From Macrostomum lignano (taxonomy: Eukaryota), in NCBI GenBank assembly GCA_002269645.1, contig NIVC01001971.1, forward strand, positions 124,001 through 188,000: a stretch of 64,000 bases of DNA, in the 5' to 3' direction. A program made the position numbers and the translations under genes. The notes below the pieces were generated by a model that was not told the origin of the DNA, made no database searches, and saw only the letters and a list, made by a program, of their open reading frames with translations. This document shows, one piece after another, positions 29,531-41,210 of this stretch (positions are counted from its first letter, which is position 1; every line of letters starts with the position of its first letter).

Positions 29531-30574
29531 CCGAAAACTCCAGATTCAAAGAAGAGTCTAGATTCTCAAATGAAAGATCCTCAAAATCCCCAAACTTAAA
29601 ATACTACAAGTTCAGATCCCTAAAGTTCAGATCCTCATCTTCAGGCCCTCTAAGCTCAGATCCCTTAAATTTCAGACCCTAAAGTTTAGATCATTAACTT
29701 CAGATCCTCAAGTTGGAATCCCCAAACTTTAGATCCTTTAAAGACAGATCCCTAAAGTCCAGATCACTAAACTATTTCATTATCTTACCACTTTAGTAGA
29801 GAAACTGAGCCAGTCAAAACAAACACCAACACGTACTCAAAAGATGGTCATAAAAGTAGAAATATTTGAATTTCTTATAAAGCCATAATAAATTCCAGGT
29901 AAAACAGATTACCGGGTTGCAGAGATGAGTTCAAGTATTATGAAGGTAGTTTGAAGATAGCTAGCATTACATCATATCCTATTCTATTAGAGTCATAATT
30001 TAAGTTTACGACAAAGTAATTCCTGTACTTTATATCCGCGTGGCCATAGACAACTTTTAAAACTTGAGGATACGACGACAGATTACAATTACAATATGAT
30101 TATTATACAGATATTGCTATGAAAACCATGTTCTCTAATAAGACTAAATGCCATATTTGGAAGCTTCGAGGATTACGCAAGCTACTATTAATTCCACAAA
30201 AAATGATTTCGCATCGCATTCTAATTGAATGCCGGAAAACATTAAGGTACATTATGTAAAAAAAGATTAGTTTTGCGAGAACCAACTTTTGAAACTTAAA
30301 CTTAAGACAAAAACTTTACAGCCAACGATTAAAACAGACAGACAAACAGTTTAAGAGGAAATTAACTTTTCACACCGGAAATCTTATCTACTCTTTTTCA
30401 GTAGAAAAATTAGCGCTCTCATTTTACTTTATAATAGTAAATAATCTATTTAACTGTACAAGAATTAGCATTTTCCCTGTTTGAAGCTGCAAAAGAAAAG
30501 GGATGGCGCCCCAACCCCCAGCAAGGACGATAAACAGTTGACTTTCCTCTTGCCCGCTTGTGTCTGACTTTGGC

Positions 30575-30800
30575 CTCTCTCCTTACTGCTCTCTAATTGG
30601 CTGAGCTAGATTGGGCCTGCACCCTAGACTTGGTTTCGTCCGTCTGAATTCGACCTCTCTCCTTACTGCTCTCTGATTGGCTGAGCCAGATTGGGCCTGT
30701 CCTCTAGACTGGGTTTCGTCCGTCTGAATTCGACCTCTCTCCTTACTGCTCTCTGATTGGCTGAGCTAGATTGGACCTGCACCCTAGGCTGAGTTTCGTC
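30575..30800. repeat. 80 bp tandem repeat, ~2.8 copies, each with two ATTGG (CCAAT) motifs
   Basis: ccttactgct recurs at 30581, 30661 and 30741. Confidence 0.9.
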
Positions 30801-31131
30801 TGTGTAGTTTCGAGTGCAGTTCTGTGGCAGGGGCTGTGCAGCTGCAGCGAACGGGGAGTCTCCACTTGATGGATTTGATCTTCAACTTGACTGAAAAAGC
30901 AATACGCTCGTAAGTTTTCTTTCATACATTGGCTTTAACCTTTTTAAACTTTTTTGTTGGCAATTGAGATACTATTCGATCAAGTCGTCCTATATGGTCA
31001 AGAGAAGCAATAAAACTGCTACCTTGGGTTTAAATTTAACAATTAAAGTAATTATGAATAAAAACCGTTTACCAAAATGTTTGCAAAGGGTAGCAAAATA
31101 CGCAAACGTAATCGGCGACTTTAGCATCTCT

Positions 31132-34100
31132 TTACGTGTCAGCCAAATGGAAGTCGCTGGGGTCCATCTCGCCATTTTTGCTAGCCCAATGGCCGCGATT
31201 ACAAGAGGCCAGCTCGTCGAACACGACCCGCTTACACTGGGCATAGTCGGCGCATTTCAATGCTCGCAAGCTGACACTGTTCAAGTCTAAATATTCACCA
31301 TCGGCTAATAATCTGCTTTGGATTCGAGCATTAATACGTTTGGCTACCGTCACCGAGGCTGATTGGTTGGCAATCTCTTCAGCCAGTTTGACTATTCGCG
31401 ACAAAGCGGCTCGCTTCGACAGTCTGGAGACTCCGCCACCGTCTAGACTGTCGGTGTCGGGCAGCTGGCGCTCAGCCGGGGTGACATTCTGCGATCGGCG
31501 AATATTTTTCTTACCCTGCGGCCCGTCAATCACTTCGGCTGTGCCGGCACTGCCGTCTACTGGCCGATACCAATTGATTGACAGCACGGCGGTGTCGGGA
31601 TCGGTCGAGCCAAGGCGCAGAGGGTCGCTGGTGCGGCCCAGCCAGGGATCGGCCACGAGCTGGTAGGCTGGGGAGGCCAAGCGATGCCGGAGACGGGGCA
31701 GGCGGCAGAGGAAGCCGCGGGCCATGTTGGCGTGACTGTAGCGACCGGCCACGTCTACGGACTGGGGTCGGGGCGGGTGACAGACGTTTGTGAATGGACT
31801 GTAAAATTGGTGAATCTATTTGTGACCACTTGTGAACAGAATGGATATTTAGATGGTGAACAGAAGGGCTATTTGGTGAACAGAATGACTAGTTGGTGAA
31901 CAGAATGGCTGCTTGGTGAACAGAATGGCTGCTTGGTGAACAGAATGGCTGCTTGGTGAACAGAATGGCTGCTTGGTGAACAGAATGGCTGCTTGGTGAA
32001 CGGAATGGCTGCTTGGTGAACAGAATGGCTAGTTGGTGAACACAATAGCTACTTGGTGAACATAATAATAGCTAGTTGGTGAACCAATTGGTGAGTTTGC
32101 GAGTTGAAAACCTATGCAACCAACAAGGCAAAAGCAAACAAACTGACCTGCAGAAACACTGGCTCAATGAAATTCGCAAGCAGGCCGCCCTGCAGGCCAA
32201 CATAGTTGCATAGCAGCAGCTTGTCGGAGCCGCAGTGCACAGCCAGACTGTTAGGATCTTCAGCCTCCTCTAAGCCGAATGTGCGCACCATTGAGCAATC
32301 GTATTTTTCGTAGCAGGCCAGCGAACCGTAACGAGACAGGTCCGGCTCCAGGACGCCGCATCTAAGGAGCGAATTATGAGGAGTGTGGTACTGTACTGAA
32401 TAGGGATTTGTAAACAGCGGGATACTGAAATGGGGATTTTTACAGAGTGGGAACTGAAATAAGAATGGAAAACAATTTTTGATTTCAAAGATTTGGAGTA
32501 AAATTGAGCATAGAAAGACGCCCTACTCACTTATCGCGAAGTAGTTCCTCTTGCGAGTGCCGTCCGAGCGGGTCGCCGCCAATCGCTCCGGCGGAGTCGC
32601 CGCCGCTGTCACCTGCGGAACAGTCGCCATCAGGCGGCGAGCTGAGCAGCAGGTGCAAAGCCAGGCCGGGTTTCAAGCGCAGCCGGTCGTCGCGATTATT
32701 TGGCTCCAACCAGCGGCCCTGGCCGGAGAAGTAGGCCGACACCTCCTGGGCTAAGCGAATGCGAAAGGCCCGCTTGGCGCACACAAAAGCGGTGCTGTCA
32801 ATCACGAGCTCGCCGTAGGAGTTGTATATGTGCTCCAGCCAGTGATCGTTGACGCTGGAGCCCGTGCCCAGGGCGACCAGCTGCACTGCTGAGGATTTTT
32901 CAGGGTTTCAGTTCTACTGCACTTTGCTTTTATCTGGGATGTTTAGTCTGCGGATTTGGGATAGCGTGGCCCAGCAACTGAGGATCTGGGAGGCTGGCCC
33001 AGAAACTGAGGATCTGGGAGGTTGGCCCAGCAACTGAGGATCTGGGAGGCTGGCCCAGCAACTGAGGATCTGGGAGGCTGGCCCAGCAAATGAGGATCTG
33101 GGAGGCTGGCCCAGCAACTGAGGATCTGGGAGGCTGGCCCAGAAACTGTGGATCTGGGAGGCTGGCCCAGCAAATGAGGATCTAGGCTGGCCCAGCAACT
33201 GGGGATCTGGGAGGGTGGCCCAGTAACTGGGGATCTGGAAGGCTGGCCCAGCAACTAAGGATCTGGGAGGCTGGCCCAGCAACTAAGGATCTGGGAGGCT
33301 GGCCCAGCAACTGAGGATCTGGGAGGCTGGCCAAGCAACTGAGGATCTGGGAGGCTGGCCCAGCAACTGAGGATCTGGGAGGCTGGCCCAGCAACTAAGG
33401 ATCTGGGAGGGTGGCCCAGCAACTAAGGATCTGGGAGGCTGGCCAAGCAACTGAGGATCTGGGAGGCTAACCCAGCAACTGTGGATCTGGGAGGCTGGCC
33501 CAGCAACTGAGGATCTGGGAGGCTGGCCCAGCAACTGAGGATCTTGGAGGCTGGCCAAGCAACTGAGGATCTGGGAGGCTAACCCAGCAACTGTGGATCT
33601 GGGAGGCTGGCCCACAGTGGTGTGATTGGAAAGTTTTCCAAATTTCGCGCCGACTGAAAATTTTCGCGCCATGCCAATAATATTCTACTGACAGCCAAAT
33701 AAGTCAATTGATGACACTTTTGAAGATGCGTCTGGCTACCAATTAGCATGTCTCTTAAGTCACAGCCGTGTCCCCCCTGAACTTCTTGTTGGCGATGTCT
33801 GCAGACAGACGACTGCTCGTGCTGGTGATTGACGACGTTGACAGCAGCTCAGCAGCCTTGCGCTTTAAGACGAGCTCAGCTAGCTTCCCTGCCTTCTTCT
33901 GTTTCTTCTTCTGCACATTCTGCTGCTAACGCCTGAGATTGAACTCAGTTTGTTAGATTAATCTCCTAAGCTATGACATTCTTGTATTTCATACTGTCTG
34001 ACAAGAGAGTAAGTGTAAAAAGCAGAAAATAAGAATGCAATTTTCGCGCCCATGGTTCCACAAAATTTCGCGCCAGACCCCCAGGATTCGCGCATTCGCG

Positions 34101-37100
34101 CCATTTTCGCGCCTGGCGCGAATTCGCGCCTGAATCACACCACTGCTGGCCCAGCAACTGAGGATCTGGGAGGCTGGCCAAGCAACTGAGGATCTGGGAG
34201 GCTAACCCAGCAACTGGGGATCTGAGAGGCAGGCCCAGCAACTGGGGATCTGGGAGGCTGGCCCAGCAACTGAGGATCTGGGAGGCTGGCCCAGCAACTG
34301 AGGATCTGGGAGGCTGGCCCAGCAACTAAGGATCTGGGAGGCTGGCCCAGAAACTGTGGATCTGGGAGGGTGGCCCAGCAACTAAGGATCTGGGAGGGTG
34401 GCCCAGCAACTAAGGATCTGGGAGGCTGGCCAAGCAACTGAGGATCTGGGAGGCTGGCCCAGCAACTGTGGATCTGGGAGGCTGGCCCAGCAACTGAGGA
34501 TCTGGGAGGCTGGCCCAGCAACTGAGGATCTGGGAGGCTGGCCCAGAAACTGTGGATCTGGGAGGCTGGCCCAGCAACTGAGGATCTGGGAGGCTGGCCC
34601 AGCAACTAAGGATCTGGGAGGCTGGCCCAGAAACTGTGGATCTGGGAGGGTGGCCCAGCAACTAAGGATCTGGGAGGGTGGCCCAGCAACTAAGGATCTG
34701 GGAGGCTGGCCAAGCAACTGAGGATCTGGGAGGCTAACCCAGCAACTGTGGATCTGGGAGGCTGGCCCAGCAACTGAGGATCTGGGAGGCTGGCCCAGCA
34801 ACTGAGGATCTTGGAGGCTGGCCAAGCAACTGAGGATCTGGGAGGCTAACCCAGCAACTGTGGATCTGGGAGGCTGGCCCAGCAACTGAGGATCTGGGAG
34901 GCTGGCCAAGCAACTGAGGATCTGGGAGGCTAACCCAGCAACTGGGGATCTGAGAGGCAGGCCCAGCAACTGGGGATCTGGGAGGCTGGCCCAGCAACTG
35001 AGGATCTGGGAGGCTGGCAGTGGTGGCCTTGCAAGTAGGAATCTGAGAGGGTTCTAAGAAGGCATCTGGTAAACAGACTCTATAAGCATGGCAATACCCA
35101 CGGTAAAAGTGGAACCTTAAACTAAAAAGCGACTCACTAGGCTCCGACTGTGGCAATCGCGAATCGGACAAGAATATCGCGGCCACTTTGTCGACGCCGC
35201 CAATTTTGACATCACGAAGCAGAGCGTCCAGCTGCTTCTTGCACTGATCGGCGTAGCGATCGCCAGGGAGAGCGCCAGAGGCGGCCTGCGCGGTCATTGA
35301 GACCAAGGACGCGGCCGGAGAGGCCGAGCGATCCGCGTAGCCGCCGCCGCCGCCGCCGCCGCCGCTGCCACGGGCGATGACATTCAAAGCTAGCCTGGCT
35401 GCCTCCTCCTTGGCCTTCTGCTTGGACTTGGCCTCGCCCGCTTCGTACTCGCTTGGCACTCCGTCAATTGTTAAAATAGCTAAATAGGCAAAATTTCCGC
35501 CCACCTGAACAGTTGTAGGGTTTGGGTAGGCCAGTGTGAAGGAACGCGGAGAGCTGCGAGATATGCGGGAATTCGGGGAAAGGAATGCGGGACTTTGGGG
35601 GAAAGGAATGCGGGACTTTGGGGGAAAGGAATGCGGGACTTCAGGGAAAAGGAATGCGGGACTTTGGGGGAAAGGAATGCGGGACTTTGGGGGAAAGGAA
35701 TGCGGGACTTTGGGGGAAAGGAATGCGGGACTTTGGGGGAAAGGAATGCGGGACTTTGGGGAAAGGAATGCGGGACTTTGGGGGAAAGGAATGCGGGACT
35801 TTGGGGGAAAGGAATGCGGGACTTTGGGGGAAAGGAATGCGGGACTTTGGGGGAAAGGAATGCGGGACTTTGGGGGAAAGGAATGCGGGACTTTGGGGGA
35901 AAGGAATGCGGGACTTTGGGGGAAAGGAATGCGGGACTTTGGGGGAAAGGAATGCGGGACTTTGGGGGAAAGGAATGCGGGACTTTGGGGGAAAGGAATG
36001 TGGGACTTCGGGAAAAGGAATGTGGGACTTCGGGGGAAAGGAATGTGGGACTTCGGGAAAAGGAATGCGGGACTTCAGGCTCAGGGAAAGGAATGTGGAA
36101 ATCGGAGGAAAGGGATGGGAGACTACAGGGAAAAGGGAATACGGGACTTCAGGCTCGGGAAAAGGAGATCCGGGACTTTGGGGAAAGAGGGATGTGGAAC
36201 TTCGGGGAAAAGGAATGCGGGACTTCAGGGAAAAGGAATGCGGGACTTCAGGGAAAAGGAATGCGGGACTTCAGGGAAAAGGAATGCGGGACTTCAGGGA
36301 AAAGGAATGTAGGACTTCAAGATTGGGGAAAAGGAGATCCTAAACTTTGGGGAAAGGGGGATGCGGAACTTCGGGGAAATGGGGGGGGGCGGCGTAACTT
36401 CGGGAAAAGGGGATTGCGGGACTTCGGGAAAAGGGGATTGCGGGACTTCGGGGAAAACGGGGATGTGGGACTTCAGGGAAAACGAGGATGTGGAACTTCA
36501 GGGAAATGGGAAACGGGCCCAGAATTGGGAATGGGAAGCGCAGCAGAAATACATTAATTAAACAAAGAATTAAAACAGCATACCCTAGGCGCCGTAGGCC
36601 TATACTCAATGCTGCCTCGCATGGCAACCGTATACTCATTAAGAATCTGATGCGGCAATTTCTGCGATCTGCCATTAATAAAGGTGCGCAGCATCTCCTG
36701 AGCAGAATCCGATTTGGCCACATTGGCGTACCGAGGCATGCCGTGGGCCCGGTCGGTGGCATCCAGGCTCGGCATTAGGCGCACATTTCCTGACCGCTCC
36801 GATTGGGTGCGGCGATCGATGTACGGCTCCTGACTAGCGGCAGCAGGGCCAGGAGCAGCGGCAAACCCAGATGGAGCCGGCGCGACCTGACTATACTGCA
36901 CCGGTTGCGGCTGCCTCTGCTGACTAGCCAGTCTGTCTCCAGCCTCGCCGCCAAGCGCAGGAAAATCGCCATCGTCAGCTTGAAACTCTTGAGCCGGTTG
37001 GTTCGGCGCCAATAAGCCGAGACTCTGCATCCGACTGCTCAGCGTCACGTGCGAATTCATTGGCAAGTTGAACACTTTTTTAATATGATTTTTTGATCCC

Positions 37101-37201
37101 AAATGCGCCTCGTACTGCGGCCAGGCCGGTATCTGGCCGGATCGGCATACCTGGCACATGTAGGGCGGACCCTCGGATTGCAGCATGTCCTGGGTAGGCA
37201 T
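31132..37201 (-). CDS. ADAR/ADAD-family dsRNA-binding protein, 728 aa, predicted catalytically inactive; exons 37201-36584, 35504-35138, 32888-32531, 32361-32148, 31761-31132
   Basis: Five GT-AG exons join in frame (2187 nt = 729 codons). U1/JAZ-type zinc finger CQVC..QYEAHLGSKNH. dsRBD split by intron 1 (KLPHQILNEY...AKSKQKAKEEAARLAL). Adenosine-deaminase (A_deamin) motifs LVALGTG, LHLLLSSPPDGD, SDKL..NYVGLQGGLLANFIEPVFL, SINW, EVIDGPQGK, SRLSKRA, DYAQCK..F, GHWASK. Confidence 0.9.
31855..32090. repeat. Intronic minisatellite, 20 bp unit ttggtgaacagaatggctgc (ADAR-like intron 4)
   Basis: Tandem copies visible. Confidence 0.9.
32955..35015. repeat. Intronic minisatellite, 28 bp unit ggaggctggcccagcaactgaggatctg (ADAR-like intron 2), interrupted by a MITE
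   Basis: Tandem copies on both sides of 33615-34145. Confidence 0.95.
33615..34145. mobile_element. Non-autonomous hAT-type DNA transposon (MITE), 531 bp
   Basis: Perfect 13 bp TIRs cagtggtgtgatt / aatcacaccactg; 8 bp TSD ctggccca at 33607-33614 and 34146-34153; subterminal ttcgcgcc repeats at both ends. CAG termini with an 8 bp TSD are typical of hAT. Confidence 0.9.
35560..36500. repeat. Intronic minisatellite, 23 bp unit gggggaaaggaatgcgggacttt (ADAR-like intron 1)
   Basis: Homogeneous left half, degenerate right half. Confidence 0.95.
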
Positions 37202-40200
37202 TTCTTTATGCTGGCAATTGATCTGCCGATACAAATACAATAATATTACTGTAAGTAGTGCGATTTCAACCGAAACTGATCAGTGGCATAAAAATTAAAA
37301 TTAATTCACTGATGCAAAATTTTAATAGAGAAAATTGATACACGTTATAAGCAAAGCCATTGCAATCACCCTAGAATGGAAAGAAAGCATTTTTCATAAA
37401 TTCAACTTGACAGTTGAAGTGTATGACTAGCTATAAAACTCAGTCTCACCCACAGAGAATAAGGCAACCACTGTTTAAAGCTTATGGTTTTATAAACTCT
37501 AAATTCAAAAAAATGATTAACTAAAAATACAAAAATTATAATAGATAGGAAAATAAGTATGTAAAATTAATATTACCAAAATATAATAACCAATTAGAAT
37601 TTAATATCCTAGACCCTATTTAATAAAGAGTATAAAAAGATACTTATGATTTTCTATTAGCTTTCATTTTTCTTAATTTCCATAATTGAAATCAACTTGT
37701 AATAATATTCAATGACATTTATCAGCCTGTCATTCACTAAATACAGCTAATAAAATGATACAATTAATGAACATTAAAAGCCTCAAATTTTTAATAAGTT
37801 TTAATATGAGTATTTTCACTTTCATTTCAGGGGGCTAAAGCTCTAAAGTCCCTAGCATTGGGGATTTAAACAACAGAGTTTCAACACCATGTGCACATTG
37901 GGGTTGGGTGGTGGGGCTAAAGTTAAAATGAATGTTATTGCTTTCAATGTGAAGGGAGCTCTCAAGTCCCTAGAATTGGGAACTCAAGCAACAAAGACAG
38001 AAATGTTTGACACTACATTTAGAGATTGCTAGATTACAAATGAGGCTTCTTGGAAATCAACTGTTGAGTAGGCTATCAGCCTCAAAGAAGATCTTGCATG
38101 GTAATAATTGGAGACTTTTTTACTTTAGTTACTTAAACAATGAGAAAATATGTCAGGAGAGAGAAGAGAGAAGGAAGAGAGGAGAGGAAGAAAGAAGACA
38201 GAGAAAGAAGAGAGAAAGGGAAAATAAGAGAGGATTAGAGGGGATAGAAGGAAAGAGAGAGAGAAGAGAAAATGAGGCAGAAAAGGAGAATCTCACCATT
38301 AGCCTGTGCAATCTCTGCAGCTTGAGCAGCAGCATTTTGTATAGCAGCTCAGGGTAGAAGGCCTCCAACTCCAGCCAGATGACATAGCTAACTAGTCAAA
38401 GTTGTCGCCCATACAGTAGGTCAAAGACTGCATCAAGTGTGGCCTTGTATAGAGTCCTACTCTCAAATCTTACATATACATAAAAATTTTGACCTGAAAA
38501 TATGCTTGGCATATAATATTTGGCATGCTACAATTGCTGCGCCACACTAAATTTGGGTGCCACTGTGCCAATGTATGGCATAGCCATAGTTGCAAACAAA
38601 AAAATACTTTTTAAAATACACTTCTTGTAATTTTTTTAAAAACTAACCAAAAACAAGAAGCACTATACAATGATTACTTTATTCACTTACTATACTATAG
38701 GTTTGATATTGGCAATCCTCTACTTATGCACATTTAATTATTTTTGGAATTTTTAACTAATTTTGAACAAAGTTTTAAGTTGAACAAAGTCAATGTGGTC
38801 AAAGTTTGAACAAAGTTGTAGTCTAAAAAGTTTCACAATTTAGGGTTAAGGTTAGGGTTAGGATTAGCAATCTCTTAGAATGCCAGTCCTTCCTACCTTA
38901 GTCCCTTTTTAAAAAATGGAGCAATTGCAGAACATTGTTATTTTTTTTAAAAATAGCCCCCTAATTAAATGTGCAAAACATAGGCATAGGAATGTTTCAA
39001 AAAGCACAAGGCACACACCCCTGTCAAGTTAGATTTTTTATATGGAAAATGCACATTATCATATACCAATTATTTTCAGAATCCTTGTTAGTACCCATTT
39101 TATAAAGTGCCACAAGCACTCATTTTGGCGCTGCAGGCACTTATTTTAGTGCTGCAGGCATTCATTTTGGTGCTGCAGGCGCTACGTTTTGTTGCCCTAA
39201 AGCAAAATACATTTATGCAAAGTAGCAAAAACCAAAAAAGGAAGAAGTCTATATTTTACATTTAAAATATAGAGGGGCCAGCCTTGGCCAGATACCATTA
39301 CTGGCCCCCTCATTTTAAAAAGTGAAAGGGCTGTGGCCCCATTGGCCCCCTGTTCCTACACTGGCATTCTTTCATTTTATAATCACCTAGCACTGACCCT
39401 ATGGGAGTCGGGACTTTTGTTATACGATCCCAGCCCATAGAGAACAGAAAATTGCTCTTAAAATCAAATTTCAAAATGGGACCACTTTTAAGCATATCAT
39501 TTTTAAAACATAAAATCTAGTGTCTTATAGAAGTTAGAAGCTAGTCACTTTCACTTTCGTTATGTACTAGTGCTATGCCTTTATAATAGTATACTCGAAT
39601 GTTCTTTCAATGTAATAACGGTATATTCGAATCTTTCTTAGAAACTGAATCTATGCGAACGCCAAATAATAGTTTGTTTTAATGCGCGAAATAAATTGGA
39701 GAATTATTTTTTGTTTTAATCGTATGGGGGGGAAATCACTATATATAGGAGCGGTTTTGCGACAAATATACTCCAACTGTCTTTTACCCGTGAGCAAATA
39801 ATTGCGAACAGAATAAGCAGTTCAATCTAAACCATTTCAAAGTCTTTGAGCTAAATAGCGACTTATTCATTTGCAAAACCTATGAAACGATTCTAAGAAA
39901 TTTGCTAAGAGAAGGGAATTGGGACTAATTCCTGGAGATATACTAAGAGAGGCGCCGTGACCCTCTAGTCTCGGTGAACGCCCGATTAGGACTATTCACT
40001 AATACATATATCAGTACTAGACCGCTCAGGCCATAAGCTACCAGAACGCTACCAGAAAGCAGGCCATAAGCTACCAGAACGCTACCAGAAACGCTACGCT
40101 ACCCAGAAATATTTAAATGAAATTCTAAGAAATAGTTAGGGAGTAAAAACAAGTATAATCAGGATAACTGTAGTTGGCAAACAGAAATATCCCCTGTTAC

Positions 40201-40304
40201 AACTTGGTGGCAATAGAGGGATAATTTGTAGGGACAGAAGTAAGCCTTGTCACAACTTTGGTTACAGCGGTAGGATTTTGTACCGTACGGGAATACCCCT
40301 ATGA

Positions 40305-41210
40305 CAGTTAGGCCTATATGATCATTTAAATGGTAAATTTATATATAGGCCTAGATGATTGCAAGACAAAACTAAAAGAGCTTGTAGGTTTTGAATTATG
40401 ATCACACTAGTAGTAGATTTGTATTTGAGAGATTGTAAAACAAAATTGACTGGATTACTGTCCTAAATTGAAATTGTCACTGTAGAGCACTGAAATGTAG
40501 GCATACCTAGTATATTTATGGAAGGGTGTAGCTTATATTCACTTTCGTCATATGATCATTTAAATGGTGAAATTATAAGTACATGATTGCAAGATGAAAC
40601 CAAAAGAGCTTATAGATTTTGACTTACAATCACACAAATAGTAAAATTGTATTAGAGAGATTGTATGACAAAATGGTAGGAAATTGTTGCTATAATGGAT
40701 ATTTCAATCAAACAATCAATTGTAGCCTCTAATATGTCTGCAAACATTAAATTATAAGATTCATTATAAGATTCGCAAGCATTGCTTTCTTCCCTTACTT
40801 TTGTCATACAATCATCCCTTGGTATAACACATAGGTCCAATGAACTAGGGGGATCGTATAATGAAAGTGAGTGGGGGCTAGGGGCGGCGTTTGTAAATCT
40901 TATAATGAATACAATTTCATTCTTGAACTGCTCCAAAGACTAGCTGTTAAATGTAGACTGGGACTCTATGTCTACAGAATGACGATGATCACTTAATATA
41001 GCAATTTAGGAAATAGTAATCTATTCACTTTTGTCATATGATCTTTCTAATGCAATTCTACTAATTCAGTGATCATAATTCAAAACCTACAAGCTCTTTC
41101 AGTTTTGTCTTGTGATCATCTACATATAATTTCACCATTTAAATGATTGTATGACAAAAATGAATATAAGCTACATGCTTTCATAACTCTGCTATGCCTA
41201 CAATCCTCAA
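40305..41210. repeat. Decayed foldback-like structure: ~110-160 bp direct copies (~40310-40420, ~40495-40650) and an inverted copy (~41060-41210)
   Basis: gatcatttaaatggt..gcaaga..aaa..aaagagctt.tag.ttttga recurs forward twice; its reverse complement (caaaacctacaagctctttc..caccatttaaatgattgtatgac) lies at 41082-41157. Confidence 0.7.

Noticed and set aside
38838-38866. TTAGGG-like run as an interstitial telomere
   Set aside because: Only about four imperfect units; such runs are common in TE-associated microsatellites.
38877-39370. 11-bp inverted repeat agaatgccagt/actggcattct as MITE termini
   Set aside because: No TSD and no extension of the match; insufficient support.
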